Shown: positions 22,675 to 33,276 of the stretch, piece after piece | Layout: each line of letters opens with the position of its first letter | Position numbering within the stretch: position 1 is the first letter of the stretch | Assembly (NCBI GenBank): GCA_963734595.1 | Contig: CAVTHV010000037.1 | Span: forward strand, 320,214 to 384,213 | Direction: 5' to 3' | DNA length: 64,000 nt | Source: an uncultured beta proteobacterium | GTDB taxonomy: Bacteria > Pseudomonadota > Gammaproteobacteria > Burkholderiales > SG8-41 | Translations under genes and position numbers: made by a program | The notes under the pieces: model-generated | Told to the model about the DNA's origin: nothing | The model's database searches: none | Seen by the model: the letters and a program-made list of their open reading frames with translations, nothing else

Positions 22675-24298
22675 ATGGCCGCCAAACAGCTGCTCTTCCA
22701 CAACGAAGCCCACGCCAAGATCCTGGCCGGCATCGACACCCTGGCGCAGGCGGTGCGGGTGACGCTGGGGCCGAAGGCGCGCACGGTCGTGCTGGAACGT
22801 CCCTTTGGCGCGCCCGCCATCATCAACTCCGGCGTCGTGGTCGCCCGCGAGCTCGAACTCCGGGACCCGTTTGAAAACATGGGCGTGCAAATGGTCAGGG
22901 AGGTGGCCAGCAAGACCTCCGATGTTGCCGGTGACGGCACCACCACTGCCATGGTACTGGCGCACGGCATCGTGACCGAAGGCATGAAGTACGTCGCGTC
23001 CGGGATGAATCCGATGGACCTGAAGCGCGGCATCGACCAGGCGGTCATCGCGCTGGTCGCGGAACTGCAGCGCCTGGCACGGCCCTGCAGCAGCCGCACC
23101 GAAATTGCCCAGGTGGCGACGATCTCCGCCAATTCGGATCGCTCGATCGGGGAGCTCATCGCCAACGCCATGGAAAAGGTCGGCAAGGAAGGCGTGATCA
23201 CGGTCGAGGAAGGCATCGGGACTGGCGAGCGAGCTGGAAATCGTCGAGGGCATGCAGTTCAACCGCGGTTTTCTGTCGCCTTATTTCATCACCAACCCGG
23301 AAAAGCAGCGCGTGGTGCTGGAAGACGCGCACGTATTGATCATCGACAAGAAGATCGCGTCGATCAACGATCTGCTGCCGGTGCTCGAGCACATGGCCAA
23401 AGCCGGGAAACCCCTGCTGGTGATCGCCGAGGAAGTCGAAGGCGAAGCGCTCGCAACACTGGTCGTCAATACGCTGCGCGGCGTGGTCAAAAGCTGCGCG
23501 GTGAAGGCCCCCGAGTTCGGCGACCGCCGCAAGGCGGTGCTCGGTGACATTGCCGTTCTCACCGGCGGACGCGTCATTGCCGAGGAGGTCGGCCTGACCC
23601 TGGAGCGCGCCGGACTCGCCGAGCTCGGACGGGCCAAGCGCATCGAGATCGACAAGGACAATACCACCATCGTCGGCGGCGGCGGCGACCCGGCGGCGAT
23701 CGCGGCGCGCGTGGCCGAGATCCGGCAGCAGATCAAGGACGCCACCAGCGACTACGATCGCGACAAACTGCAGGAGCGGGCGGCCAAGCTCGCCGGCGGC
23801 GTCGCGGTCATCAAGGTCGGCGCGGCCACCGAAACCGAAATGAAGGAAAAAAAATCGCGGGTCGAGGATGCCATGCATGCCACCCACGCCGCCGTCGAAG
23901 AGGGCGTCCTGCCGGGAGGCGGCGTGGCGCTGCTGCGCGCGCGGGCGCGGCTCACCGGCCTGCACGGCGATAACGTCGACCAGGACGCCGGCATCAAAAT
24001 CGTGCTGCGAGCACTTGAAGATCCGCTGCGCCAGATCGTGTCCAATGCCGGCGAGGAGCCGTCGGTGGTCCTCAACCGGGTGCTCGAAGGCGAGGGCAAT
24101 TTCGGCTTCAATGCGCTGACCAACGAATATGGCGACATGGTGGAAATGGGCATCCTCGATCCGTGCAAGGTCACGCGCTCGGCGCTGCAGAACGCCGCCT
24201 CGATCGCGGGACTGATCCTGACGACGGATTGCATGATCGCCCGGCTGTCCGAAAATCCGCGTCTTCCCGGTGCGGATTTCAGCGACGAAGCCGTTTAA
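22675..24298 (+). pseudogene. groEL: chaperonin GroEL paralog (no adjacent groES, no C-terminal GGM tail), one frameshift near 23220
   Basis: [40 protein letters not shown]...[14 protein letters not shown]...[10 protein letters not shown] in frame 1, then [26 protein letters not shown]...[13 protein letters not shown]...[13 protein letters not shown]...[21 protein letters not shown] in the 23252..24298 frame. Confidence 0.9.
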
Positions 24299-24451
24299 CA
24301 CCTTCGGGCGGTGTCTGCATTGTGCCCGCATTCGCGCAGCGGGATGCGCTCCCGGCATGTTCGACTATCCGCGGAGCGGCTCTGGTAATATTGTTCAAAG
24401 ATATGCGGGAGCAGTTCGTCCGCAGCGCAGATTCCGACACGAAGGAGGATC

Positions 24452-25612
24452 ATGGATAACACACTCGAAGCCCGCACGGCGCCGCCAGTCAGTCGCGAAA
24501 CGAAGCCACTCCGGATCGTGCGCGTAGAGGCGATTCCCGTCGCGCTGCCGCTCAAGAAAGCCGTGGTGATGGCCGGCGAGCGCATCGAGCGGGCCTACAA
24601 CCTGCTGGTGCGGGTGGAAGCCGAAAACGGTCTCGTCGGCTGGGGGGAGGCTGCCTCCGCGCCGCTGATGACGGGAGATGTGCTTGCCGGAATGGTCGCC
24701 GCCGTGAACAATCATCTGGCGCCGCTCGTGACCGGACAGGATGCGCTGTGCCGCGCCGAACTCGTGCAGCGCTGCGCCCGTGCGCTGCTGCACAACACCG
24801 GCGCCAAGTGCGCAGTGGACATGGCGATCAACGATCTTGTCGGACACCACCTCGGCGTCTCCATGGCGGATCTGTTCGGGGGCGCCGCGCGCGAGGTGCT
24901 GCAGCCCATGTACCTGCTCGGCAACCCGAAGGTCGAAGACGACGTCGCGGAGGCCAAACACAAGCTCGGCGAGGGATGGTCGTTCTTCAAGCTCAAGATC
25001 GGCATCAAGGATCCGCGCGAAGAAGCGCGTGCCGCGATCGAAATCCGGCGCCATCTCGGCGACGCCGTGGCGCTGTGCGCCGACGCCAACATGGGCATGA
25101 CGTTCGCCAGCGCGCGCCTGTTCGCCGAGCAGGCGCGGGACGCGAACCTGCTGTTCATGGAACAGCCGCTGCACAGCGACGACATCGACGGCATGGCAGC
25201 GCTCGCCCGCGTCAGCCCGATTCCGTTGAACGGCGATGAATCGATCGACAGCGTCCCGAGCCTGCTGACGCTGCACCGTCTCGGCGCGATCCAGGGCGCC
25301 AATATCAAGACCATCAAGATGGGCGGAATCGGGCCCACCGTGCATGCGATGGCGGTGTGCGGCGCGCTCGGTCTCAGCATCAACCTCGCGGGCAAGGTCG
25401 CCGAATCGAGCATCGCCGCCGCCGCGATCGTGCAGCTCGGCTGCGTGGCGCCCAATCTCGACTGGGGCCTCAATATCACCAACCACTATCTCGCCGAGGA
25501 CGTCACCGACGCGCCGCTCATGATCGAGCGCGGGACGGTGCGCCGGCCGCGCGGGCCGGGCCTCGGCATCGCAGTCAGTGAAGCGAAGGTAAGCCGTCTG
25601 CGCGTGAAATAG
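24452..25612 (+). CDS. mandelate racemase / muconate lactonizing enzyme family protein (enolase superfamily)
   Basis: 386-aa intact ORF with an AAGGAGG RBS. Capping-domain start (LVRVEAENGLVGWGEA) and barrel segments (FKLKIG, ADANMGMT, MEQPL, DESI) are typical of the MR/MLE subgroup. Substrate is not inferable. Confidence 0.8.
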   Translation: MDNTLEARTAPPVSRETKPLRIVRVEAIPVALPLKKAVVMAGERIERAYNLLVRVEAENGLVGWGEAASAPLMTGDVLAGMVAAVNNHLAPLVTGQDALCRAELVQRCARALLHNTGAKCAVDMAINDLVGHHLGVSMADLFGGAAREVLQPMYLLGNPKVEDDVAEAKHKLGEGWSFFKLKIGIKDPREEARAAIEIRRHLGDAVALCADANMGMTFASARLFAEQARDANLLFMEQPLHSDDIDGMAALARVSPIPLNGDESIDSVPSLLTLHRLGAIQGANIKTIKMGGIGPTVHAMAVCGALGLSINLAGKVAESSIAAAAIVQLGCVAPNLDWGLNITNHYLAEDVTDAPLMIERGTVRRPRGPGLGIAVSEAKVSRLRVK

Positions 25613-25624
25613 CCGCAGCGGTGT

Positions 25625-26512
25625 TCAGGAAATGCGGCGCCGCTGAATCGCTTCCGCGATGGCGGCGTTGTCCCACTCGCCTTCTCCGTTGCGCACGCAG
25701 TCTTCGAGCATCTGCGCGTAGACGCTTGCAAACGGCAGTTCCTGCCCCTTGGCACGCGCCTGCTCGATCATCAGGTGAAAATCCTTGAGGCTCTGGTCGA
25801 CGCGGCTGATCGGATTGCGGAATTCGCGCCGCGCCATCAGCGGCCCCTTGATGTCCATCACCTGGGAATAGGCGGCCGAGCCGCGCGCAACGTCGAGGAA
25901 CGCTTCGCGGTCGAGCCCGAGGCGCTCGGCGAAAACCAGGCCCTCCGCGATCGCGGCGCGGTTGAGTCCGAGAATCAGATTCACCGCCAGCTTGGCGCGC
26001 GAGCCGTTGCCCACGCCGCCCAGATAGTAGCGGCGCGGACAAATCGCATCGAGCACCGCAGCCGCCTGTTCCATCACGGCGCGGTCGCCGCCGACGAGCC
26101 CCACGCCGTCGCCGTCGGCGACCTGGCGGCTCGTCCCGGAAACCGGGACTTCGAGGAATTGCGCGCCGCGCGGCGCAATACGAGCGGCCAGTGCGGCAAG
26201 CCGGTCCGGATCGCAGGTGCTGGTGCAGATGATGGTGCGCGGCTGCGGTTCATTGCCGATCGCATCGAGCACGCCGCCTTTGCCCTCGATCACCTGTTCG
26301 ACCTGGTCGGTATTGAAGACGCAGAGCACCAGCGTCGCGCACTGCCGGGCGGTTTCGGCCACCGATCCGGCGGCGCGCGCGCCCAATTTTGCGATCGCGG
26401 CACGCTTCGCTTCGTCGACGTCGTAGGCCACGACGTCGATGCCGGCCTGAATCAGCCGCCGCGCACAGGCCGTGCCCATCAACCCCGCACCGATCACGCC
26501 TGCCGCTGCCAT
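25625..26512 (-). CDS. NAD(P)-dependent oxidoreductase, 3-hydroxyisobutyrate dehydrogenase / 6-phosphogluconate dehydrogenase-like
   Basis: N-terminal Rossmann motif (GVIGAGLMGTACARRL) and the central PVSG...G motif of the HIBADH family. Intact 295 aa. Confidence 0.85.
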   Translation of the reverse strand: MAAAGVIGAGLMGTACARRLIQAGIDVVAYDVDEAKRAAIAKLGARAAGSVAETARQCATLVLCVFNTDQVEQVIEGKGGVLDAIGNEPQPRTIICTSTCDPDRLAALAARIAPRGAQFLEVPVSGTSRQVADGDGVGLVGGDRAVMEQAAAVLDAICPRRYYLGGVGNGSRAKLAVNLILGLNRAAIAEGLVFAERLGLDREAFLDVARGSAAYSQVMDIKGPLMARREFRNPISRVDQSLKDFHLMIEQARAKGQELPFASVYAQMLEDCVRNGEGEWDNAAIAEAIQRRRIS

Positions 26513-26573
26513 GCCGCTCCCCTGATTCCCGCAACCAATTTCGTTTGTCGAACCCGTGCTTGTGCCGCCGTTA

Positions 26574-27562
26574 TCACTCCACCTTGATGTTGGCGTCCTT
26601 GACGATCTTTGCCCAGCGCGCCGAATCGTCGCGCAGGAACTTCACGAACTCCGCGCGCGATGCGGAACCGACGGGCTCGATGCCGGCGGCGTTCTGACGT
26701 TTCTTGACCTCCGCGTTTTTGATCGCCTTGTTGAACTCGACGAACAGGCGGTCCGCGATAGCGCCGCGGCGTCTTGGCCGGCACGAACATGCCGTTCCAG
26801 TTGCTGATGTCGAATCCGGGCACCGTTTCCGCCACTGCCGGCAGGTCGGGCAGAAGCGGCTGGCGCTTGGCGGTCGTCACCGCCAGCGCGCGCAGCCTGC
26901 CGCTCTTCACGTGCGGCAAGCGCCACGACATAAGTGGAAAACATCACCTGGATATCGCCCGAGATCAGATCCACGAGCGCGGGGCCGCCGCCTTTATACG
27001 GCACATGGACCATGTCGATGCCGGCGAGGCGCTCGAAAAAAACACCGGCCAGATGATCGGGCTGCCCGGCGCCCGAGCTGCCGAAGCGCACGTTGCCGTT
27101 GCGCTTCTTCGCCCAGTCGATGAAGTCCTTCACGCTCTTCGCCCCGGTCGAAGGATTGACCACCATGACGTTGAGGATCTCCCCCACCCTGGTGAGCGGG
27201 AGAAAATCCCGCTCCATGTTGTAGGGCAGGTTCTTGTACAACGCCGGGCTGATCGAAATCGCGCCCAGGGTTCCGACGAGCAGCGTGTAGCCGTCGGGCT
27301 CGGCCTTCGCCAGCATTTCTGCGGCGAGGCGCCCGCCGGCGCCGGGCCGGTTGTCGATCACGATCGGCTGGCCAAGCTGCGCCGAAAGCGGCTCGGCGAT
27401 CGTCCGCGCTATCGTGTCGGCCGCGCCGCCCGCCGGAAACGGAATCAGGAAGCGCAGCGGACGCACTGGATACTTGCCCTGCGCGTATCCCGCCGGCGAC
27501 CATCCGATACACAACGCCGCAATGCACGGCACAACACTGCTCAACAACCTCGCCCATTTCAT
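26574..27562 (-). pseudogene. TctC/Bug family substrate-binding protein, two frameshifts (near 26925 and 26770)
   Basis: MKWARLLSSVVPCIAALCIGW signal peptide, IPFPAGGAADT, DNRPGAGGRLAAE, GSSGAGQPDHL. This is followed by HVKSGRLRALAVTTAKRQPLLPDLPAVAETVPGFDISNWNGMFVPAKTP in a second frame. A third frame gives AAIADRLFVEFNKAIKNAEVKKRQNAAGIEPVGSASRAEFVKFLRDDSARWAKIVKDANIKVE*. Confidence 0.75.
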
Positions 27563-27694
27563 CGTTTCTCCTCCTTGATCGATCTGATTTTCGGTTTTAC
27601 ACGCCGCTTTACTTTCGGCAATTCAATTTTACCGGCCGGCCGCAAACGGTATCTGCATACAAGCAGACCGGCATGATGCACGAATATCGGCAGC

Positions 27695-28679
27695 TCATGA
27701 ACCGTATTCCGCCCGCAAGCCGAGCTTCTTGATGATCGCCGGCATACTTCCTGATGTCCTGCTCGAGATAAGCGGCGAAGGCATCAGGAGTGCCGCCCAC
27801 CGCTTGCAGGCCCTGCTCGGCCAGGCTTTTGCGCACCTCGGGCAGGTTCAGCACCCGGTTGATTTCGGCGTTGAGCCGCTGCACGACGGCCGGCGGGGTG
27901 TGCGCCGGGGCGAGCACGCCGTGCCAGGCGACCGTCTCGTAGCCGGGCACGGTTTCAGCGACCGTGGGCAGATCGGGCATCTCGGGCAGCCGTTTCGCGC
28001 TCGTCACCGCCAGCGCCCGGAGCCTCCCGCTTCTGATATGCGGCATCACCGGCAGCAGCGGCGAAAACGTCAGTTGCGTGTAGCCGGCGATCAGATCGAC
28101 GAGCGCGGGACCGACACCCTTGTAGGGCACGTGCACCAGATCGACGCCGGTCATGCTCTTGAACAGCTCGCCCGAGAGGTGTCCTCCGGAGCCGACGCCG
28201 CCCGAGCTGTAGTTGAGACTGCCCGGCCGCGACTTGGCGAGCCGGATCAGCGCGCCCACCGATTTCGCGGGCAACAACGGATGGACCGCGAGAATCTGCG
28301 GCCCGAGATCGAGCATGATCACCGGGACGAAGTCCCTGACGCTGTCGTACGGCAGCTTCGCGTAAAGACTGGCGTTGACGCTGTGGCTGGCGGGGACCAC
28401 CACGATGGTATAGCCGTCGGGATCGGCTTTGGCGGCAAGCGCGGTGCCGATGATGCCCGCGGCCCCGCCCCTGTTGTCGATCACCACCGGCTGGCCCAGG
28501 ACTTCACCGAGCTTGGGCTGGATGATGCGCGCGATGATGTCGCTCGCGCCTCCCGCTGCAAACGGCACGATGCAGCGGACCGGCTTCGCCGGATAGGCCT
28601 GGGCAAAGCACGGCTGCGCAAGCAAGGCGCAGAGCAGTGCAAGCGCGCCGTTCGCGCGCCATATCCTTTTATTGTTCAT
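27695..28679 (-). pseudogene. TctC/Bug family substrate-binding protein, one frameshift near 27735 close to the C-terminus
   Basis: MNNKRIWRANGALALLCALLAQPCFA signal peptide with Bug motifs throughout. The track ORF reads through to 27609 with a nonsense tail. Shifting frame after KYAG gives IIKKLGLRAEYGS* with a stop at 27695-27697. Confidence 0.8.
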
Positions 28680-28784
28680 TCTTCATCCTCCCGCACAGTG
28701 CGGTTGCCGGAATCGTGACCGATCCGCGGTGAATAGCGTTCGCAACCGCATCAGCCGTTTTCCGGAAAGCGCTGGCATGCATAC

Positions 28785-29822
28785 CTAAGCGCCCGCCTGC
28801 GGGTGCAGCACGATCTTGTGCGCCTCGACGTTGCGCGCTTCCAGCAGCTTCAGCGCATCTTCGGCCCGGCTCAGCGGAAAGCGATGGCTGATATAGAGAT
28901 CGGGGTCGATCTTGCCGCTGCCGACGAGTTCCAGGCACGGCGCGAAGGCCTGGAAATTCCCCCGCGAAAAATTGAGATCGATCTCGCGGTCCTTGATGTA
29001 GGCGATGGGGATCGTCGCCTTGTTTTCGGGGAACGTGCCGACGACGGTGATCTGCCCGCCGCGCTTCACCATGTTGACGGCATCCGTCACGGTGCGCTCC
29101 TGAAGGCCGCCGACGCATTCGACGACCTTGTCGAAACCGTGGCCCGCGGTAAGTTCCAGCGCGCGTTCGCGCAAGTCCCCTTGTTTGGCGTCGATGACGC
29201 TGCTGATGCCCAGCTTCTGCGCCATCGCGAGCCGGTAATCGAGGATATCCATGATGGTCACGTCCGCATCCATCAAGCGGGCGATCATGGCGGCGCCCAG
29301 GCCGATGGGGCCGGCGCCGATGACGGCGATTTTTTCGCCGGGCTGCGGCTTCACGCGGTGCGCGACTGCGTGGTAACTGATCCCCAGCACCTGCACTGCG
29401 GACGCCTGGTCGTAACTCACGCTGTCCGGCAGCGGATAGAGGTTGAAATCGGGAACCTGCGCGTATTCGGCGTAAGCGCCGTCCCGGTCGAAGCCCATCG
29501 TTCTCAGCTTCTCGCAGATGTTGGACCGCCCTGCACGGCACGGCCCGCACACGCCGCACGGAAAATCGATGTCGCAGCAAACCCGCTGGCCGACACGATA
29601 TTGCTTCACGCTTTTGCCCAGGGCCACGATCTCGCCGGAAAACTCATGTCCGAGTATCCGCGGGAACGTGAGCCGCGGGTGCTTGCCATGAAACGCGTGC
29701 ACGTCCGAGCCGCAAATCGAACACGCATGGACCTTGACCACCACCTCGCCCGGCCCCGGCGCCGGATCGGCTACGGTCTCGTAAGATAGCTCGCCGCCGC
29801 CGCGCAGGATCATCGCTTTCAT
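28785..29822 (-). CDS. zinc-dependent alcohol dehydrogenase family protein (threonine/sorbitol dehydrogenase-like)
   Basis: GHEFSGEIVALG catalytic-zinc signature, structural-zinc Cys cluster (CDIDFPCGVCGPCRAGRSNIC) and GAGPIGLG Rossmann motif. Intact 345 aa. Confidence 0.85.
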   Translation of the reverse strand: MKAMILRGGGELSYETVADPAPGPGEVVVKVHACSICGSDVHAFHGKHPRLTFPRILGHEFSGEIVALGKSVKQYRVGQRVCCDIDFPCGVCGPCRAGRSNICEKLRTMGFDRDGAYAEYAQVPDFNLYPLPDSVSYDQASAVQVLGISYHAVAHRVKPQPGEKIAVIGAGPIGLGAAMIARLMDADVTIMDILDYRLAMAQKLGISSVIDAKQGDLRERALELTAGHGFDKVVECVGGLQERTVTDAVNMVKRGGQITVVGTFPENKATIPIAYIKDREIDLNFSRGNFQAFAPCLELVGSGKIDPDLYISHRFPLSRAEDALKLLEARNVEAHKIVLHPQAGA

Positions 29823-29988
29823 GTTATATCTCGTTGTATTAAAACAGTTTTTGTTTTCTGGTATTGGACTGCACCGAACAGCACCGCGCGCTCCGCATCC
29901 GTCGGCGTGACGAGCAGGTCGCGCGGGCCGGGCATGCCGTAGCGCGTGCTCGTGCAGCCGCCCGCACTACGACGCCGTTCCCGATTCG

Positions 29989-31002
29989 CTACTTCGCGGC
30001 CTTGAGGTTCGCCGGCAACGCGATGCCGTGCTCTTCGTAATACTTCGCCGCACCCGGGTGCACCGCGACGTTCGCGTTGAGGATGTTCTTCGGGTCGATG
30101 CGCGAATAGGACTTGTGCGCGCCCGCCAGCGTGTCTTTCTTGTCGAAGGTCGCCTTCACCAGCGCATAGGCCAGGCTGTCCGGCATGTCCGCGCGCACGC
30201 TCAGCACGATGAAGCCCGCCACGGTCTTCACCGGCGCCGTCTGCCCCTTGTAGGTGCCGGCGGGAATGTCATACGGGCTCAGGAACGGAAACTTCTGCAA
30301 AAACTTCTGCCGCTCCGCGTCCGTCATCCCGAGCAGCACCATGTCGTGATTGGTCTCGAATTCCGACACCGCCGGGTGCGGCGGCGTGCCGGACACCGCG
30401 GCCACGTCGAGGCGGCCGTCGCCGAGCAGCGAGTTGGCGTCCGAGGGATTCACGTTGGTGATCCGCGCCGGTTTGATGCCCAGCGCGTCCATGATGTCGC
30501 GGAACACGAGGTCCGCGCCCGAGCGGCGGCGGCTCGGATTGGCGCTGTGGCCGCCGATATCGACGAGATTCTTGATGCCGGACTTGCGCGCGGTATAGAT
30601 ATGCAGCACGTTGGCGCCGAACACCATCAGCGTGCGCTGATTGTTCAGCTTTTTGTTCTTCGACCAGTCCGCGCCGTGCCAGCCCTGGTAGGTCAGGTCG
30701 GTGGTCGTCATCGCAATGTCCGCCTTGCCCTCGTCGACCATCTGCAGGCTGATCGAGAAGCCTCCGGTTGCCTCTACCGACACCGGCACGCCGACGTCCG
30801 TGCCGACGATCGAGGCCCATGGGCTGCCGGTGGTATGGCCGAATCCGCCCACCGGACCGGCGGCGAACGTGAGCCTTGCCGGCCACTTGCTTTTGTCCAC
30901 CTTACTCTGCGCGCTTGCCGCACTGCCATATGCCGCCAGGAGCAGACACGACAATGCCATCCACCACCAGCCCGATCCCGCTTTTCTCATCGCTCGATAC
31001 AT
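29989..31002 (-). CDS. TAXI family TRAP transporter solute-binding subunit
   Basis: Signal peptide (WWMALSCLLLAAYGSAASA). TAXI-type motifs LTFAAGPVGGFGHTTGSPWA and VHPGAAKYYEEHG near the C-terminus. Adjacent to the fused permease. Confidence 0.85.
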   Translation of the reverse strand: MYRAMRKAGSGWWWMALSCLLLAAYGSAASAQSKVDKSKWPARLTFAAGPVGGFGHTTGSPWASIVGTDVGVPVSVEATGGFSISLQMVDEGKADIAMTTTDLTYQGWHGADWSKNKKLNNQRTLMVFGANVLHIYTARKSGIKNLVDIGGHSANPSRRRSGADLVFRDIMDALGIKPARITNVNPSDANSLLGDGRLDVAAVSGTPPHPAVSEFETNHDMVLLGMTDAERQKFLQKFPFLSPYDIPAGTYKGQTAPVKTVAGFIVLSVRADMPDSLAYALVKATFDKKDTLAGAHKSYSRIDPKNILNANVAVHPGAAKYYEEHGIALPANLKAAK

Positions 31003-31052
31003 GGTTCCCTCCTCCTGTTATCCGACGCAAACAAAATGCAGCACCGTGCCAA

Positions 31053-32984
31053 TCACCGCTGTCTTTTGCCGATCAGCCGCGGCGTTCCGCGCAAGACCAG
31101 CACTGCCGCCACCAGCGCGACGCCCGCAATGTTCACCAGGATCACCGGCGCCAGCATCGCGACCGCCGCGCAGAACAGCAGAATCCGCGCCGGCGCGCCG
31201 TAATTGCTGTTGGTCGCTCCGGCAAACGCATAACCCGCGACCAGGCACATGACCAGCGCGCGCAGGATGTCGTACCAGGGCCCTGCCCACAATATCGCCG
31301 GATTGTAGATGAAGACGAACGGGACGATGTAGGCCGCCACGCTGAGTCTCGTCGCGATCCAGCTGGTTTTGTTGGGATCGGATCCCGCAATGCTCGCCGC
31401 AGTGAATGCCGCGAGCGCCACCGGCGGCGTGAGCGTGGAGACGCAGGCGTAATACATGATGAACATGTGGGCGGCCAGTTGCGGCACGCCGAGATGGACC
31501 AGGATCGGCGCGCCGACCGCGGCCGTGATGATGTAGGCGGCCACCGTCGGCAGCGGGAAGCCCAGCAGGATGGTCACCACCATGGTCATGATCAGCGCCA
31601 CGATGAGCTGGTTCTGTCCGTAGGCGAGCACGAGGTCCACAAAGCGGTTGCCGACCCCGGTCAGGCTGAACACCCCGACCAGGATGCCGGCGCAGGCGCA
31701 CGCCGCCACTGCCTCGATCGCTCCCACAGCCCCCTCCTGCAGGGACTTGAAGATTTCGCGCAGCGCCATGAAACGCCGCCGCCGGATGAAATCGGCGATC
31801 AGCGCGACCCCGATGCTGGCCAGCGCCGCCTGCACCACGCTGTGGTTGGCAACGACCACCATCCAGACCATCACGCCGATCGGCACGAGCAGCAGCCAGC
31901 CTTCGCGCAGCACGGTTCTGATCCGCGGCGTTTCCTCGCGCGTCGTCCCGCGCAGCCCCAGCTTGACCGCCTCGAAATCGATCACGAAATAGACGGTGGC
32001 GAAATAGCAGATCGCGGGAATCAGCGCCGCCAGCATCACATCGCGATAGGGCGTCATCGTCGCCTCGGCAAGCACGAACGCGACGGAACCCATGACCGGC
32101 GGCATCAGCTGGCCGCCGGTCGACGCCGCCGCTTCGACGGCGCCGGCAAATGCGGGGGCATAGCCGAGGCGTTTCATCAGCGGAATGGTGAGGGTTCCGA
32201 CCGTCGCCACGTTGCCCATCGAGCTGCCGGAGATGGTCCCGAACAGCGCGCTCGCAATCACTGCCACTTTGGCGGGCCCGCCACGCGCCCGGCCGGCAAT
32301 CGCCGTGGCAAGATCGATGAACACCGGGCCGACGCCGGTGGCGCGCAGGAACGCGCCGAAGGTCACGAACATCACGATGTAGGTGGCCGCGGCCGACATC
32401 GCGAAACCGAACAGCCCCTCGCTGCTGAACAGCGTGCTGATCGTGCGATCGAACTCGTAGCCGCGATGCCCCCAGATGCCGGGCAGCACGCCGCCGAACA
32501 GCGCGTAGGCAATGCATGCCGCCCCGATGATGGGGAAAAACCAGCCCAGCACCCGGCGCGACAGTTCCAGGGACAGCAGCACCGCCACGGTACCCCACAC
32601 GGTGTCCCAGGTCGTCGGGTTCAACCCGACGCGGTCGTACATCTGATCGTAGTTCAGCCCGAGGTAGACCATGAAACCGATGCTGGCCAGGCACAGGACG
32701 ATATCGAGGGGCTGCACGGATTTTCTTCCGGACGGGGTGGCCGGGAACAGCAGAAACCCGATGACGCAGAACAGCCCCATGCTCAAACCGAGGAACAGCC
32801 ACGGATCCATCGCAAATACGGTCAGCGCGAAGATGTGGAACAGCGTGATCAATACGGCCAGCGTGGCCACGACGTTTTTCCAGGCGCCCGTAAGGGTGCG
32901 GGCGGTGGAAACGCTTTCCTCAAGCACCTGGCTGGCCCCTGCCGTACCAACGTCACTCACTACGTATCCTCCTGAATCACGCAA
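31053..32984 (-). CDS. TRAP transporter fused permease subunit (TAXI-associated DctQM-like)
   Basis: 643-aa highly hydrophobic polytopic protein immediately upstream of the TAXI receptor on the same strand. Intact. Confidence 0.85.
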   Translation of the reverse strand: MRDSGGYVVSDVGTAGASQVLEESVSTARTLTGAWKNVVATLAVLITLFHIFALTVFAMDPWLFLGLSMGLFCVIGFLLFPATPSGRKSVQPLDIVLCLASIGFMVYLGLNYDQMYDRVGLNPTTWDTVWGTVAVLLSLELSRRVLGWFFPIIGAACIAYALFGGVLPGIWGHRGYEFDRTISTLFSSEGLFGFAMSAAATYIVMFVTFGAFLRATGVGPVFIDLATAIAGRARGGPAKVAVIASALFGTISGSSMGNVATVGTLTIPLMKRLGYAPAFAGAVEAAASTGGQLMPPVMGSVAFVLAEATMTPYRDVMLAALIPAICYFATVYFVIDFEAVKLGLRGTTREETPRIRTVLREGWLLLVPIGVMVWMVVVANHSVVQAALASIGVALIADFIRRRRFMALREIFKSLQEGAVGAIEAVAACACAGILVGVFSLTGVGNRFVDLVLAYGQNQLIVALIMTMVVTILLGFPLPTVAAYIITAAVGAPILVHLGVPQLAAHMFIMYYACVSTLTPPVALAAFTAASIAGSDPNKTSWIATRLSVAAYIVPFVFIYNPAILWAGPWYDILRALVMCLVAGYAFAGATNSNYGAPARILLFCAAVAMLAPVILVNIAGVALVAAVLVLRGTPRLIGKRQR

Positions 32985-33243
32985 ACGCCGCCGGGACTCG
33001 TCCGCTTCTGCGACATTTTCCGCTCCCCGGACTCTGCTCCATACCGGACAGCACTAGTCTTCAGCGCCCGCCATCACTGCGGCGCCGCTCACATTACATT
33101 GGCTGGAAAAGGCGCAGCGGCACCCTTCCGGGCCACGCCGCGGCAGAATGAAACCGTTACGGAACAGCTCCTCCTGGTGGATCTTTTTTTACGTTTATAA
33201 CCTTCGTCGTATGATAGATCAAATGCTTTATTTTTATTAGAAT

Positions 33244-33260
33244 TATAGACAACGTCTATA
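33244..33260. promoter_or_regulatory. LysR-type T-N11-A dyad TATAGAC-AAC-GTCTATA in an AT-rich divergent promoter region
   Basis: Perfect 7-bp inverted repeat enclosing T-N11-A. It ends 17 bp upstream of the lysR-family ATG (33277) and lies inside the AT-rich stretch 33180-33260. Confidence 0.5.
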
Positions 33261-33276
33261 TTTCGGCCCAGCGCAC

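Noticed and set aside
29880-29985. Minus-strand reading ...YGMPGPRDLLVTPTDAERAVLFGAVQ between the ADH and TAXI genes, considered as a possible gene remnant
   Set aside because: It is too short, with no start or stop context and no family I can name. I cannot distinguish it from chance.
30876-32975. 699-aa plus-strand ORF
   Set aside because: It lies antisense to the TRAP fused permease. It is extremely rich in Arg/His/Asp/Gly/Gln with no hydrophobic core or motifs, so it is a shadow ORF.
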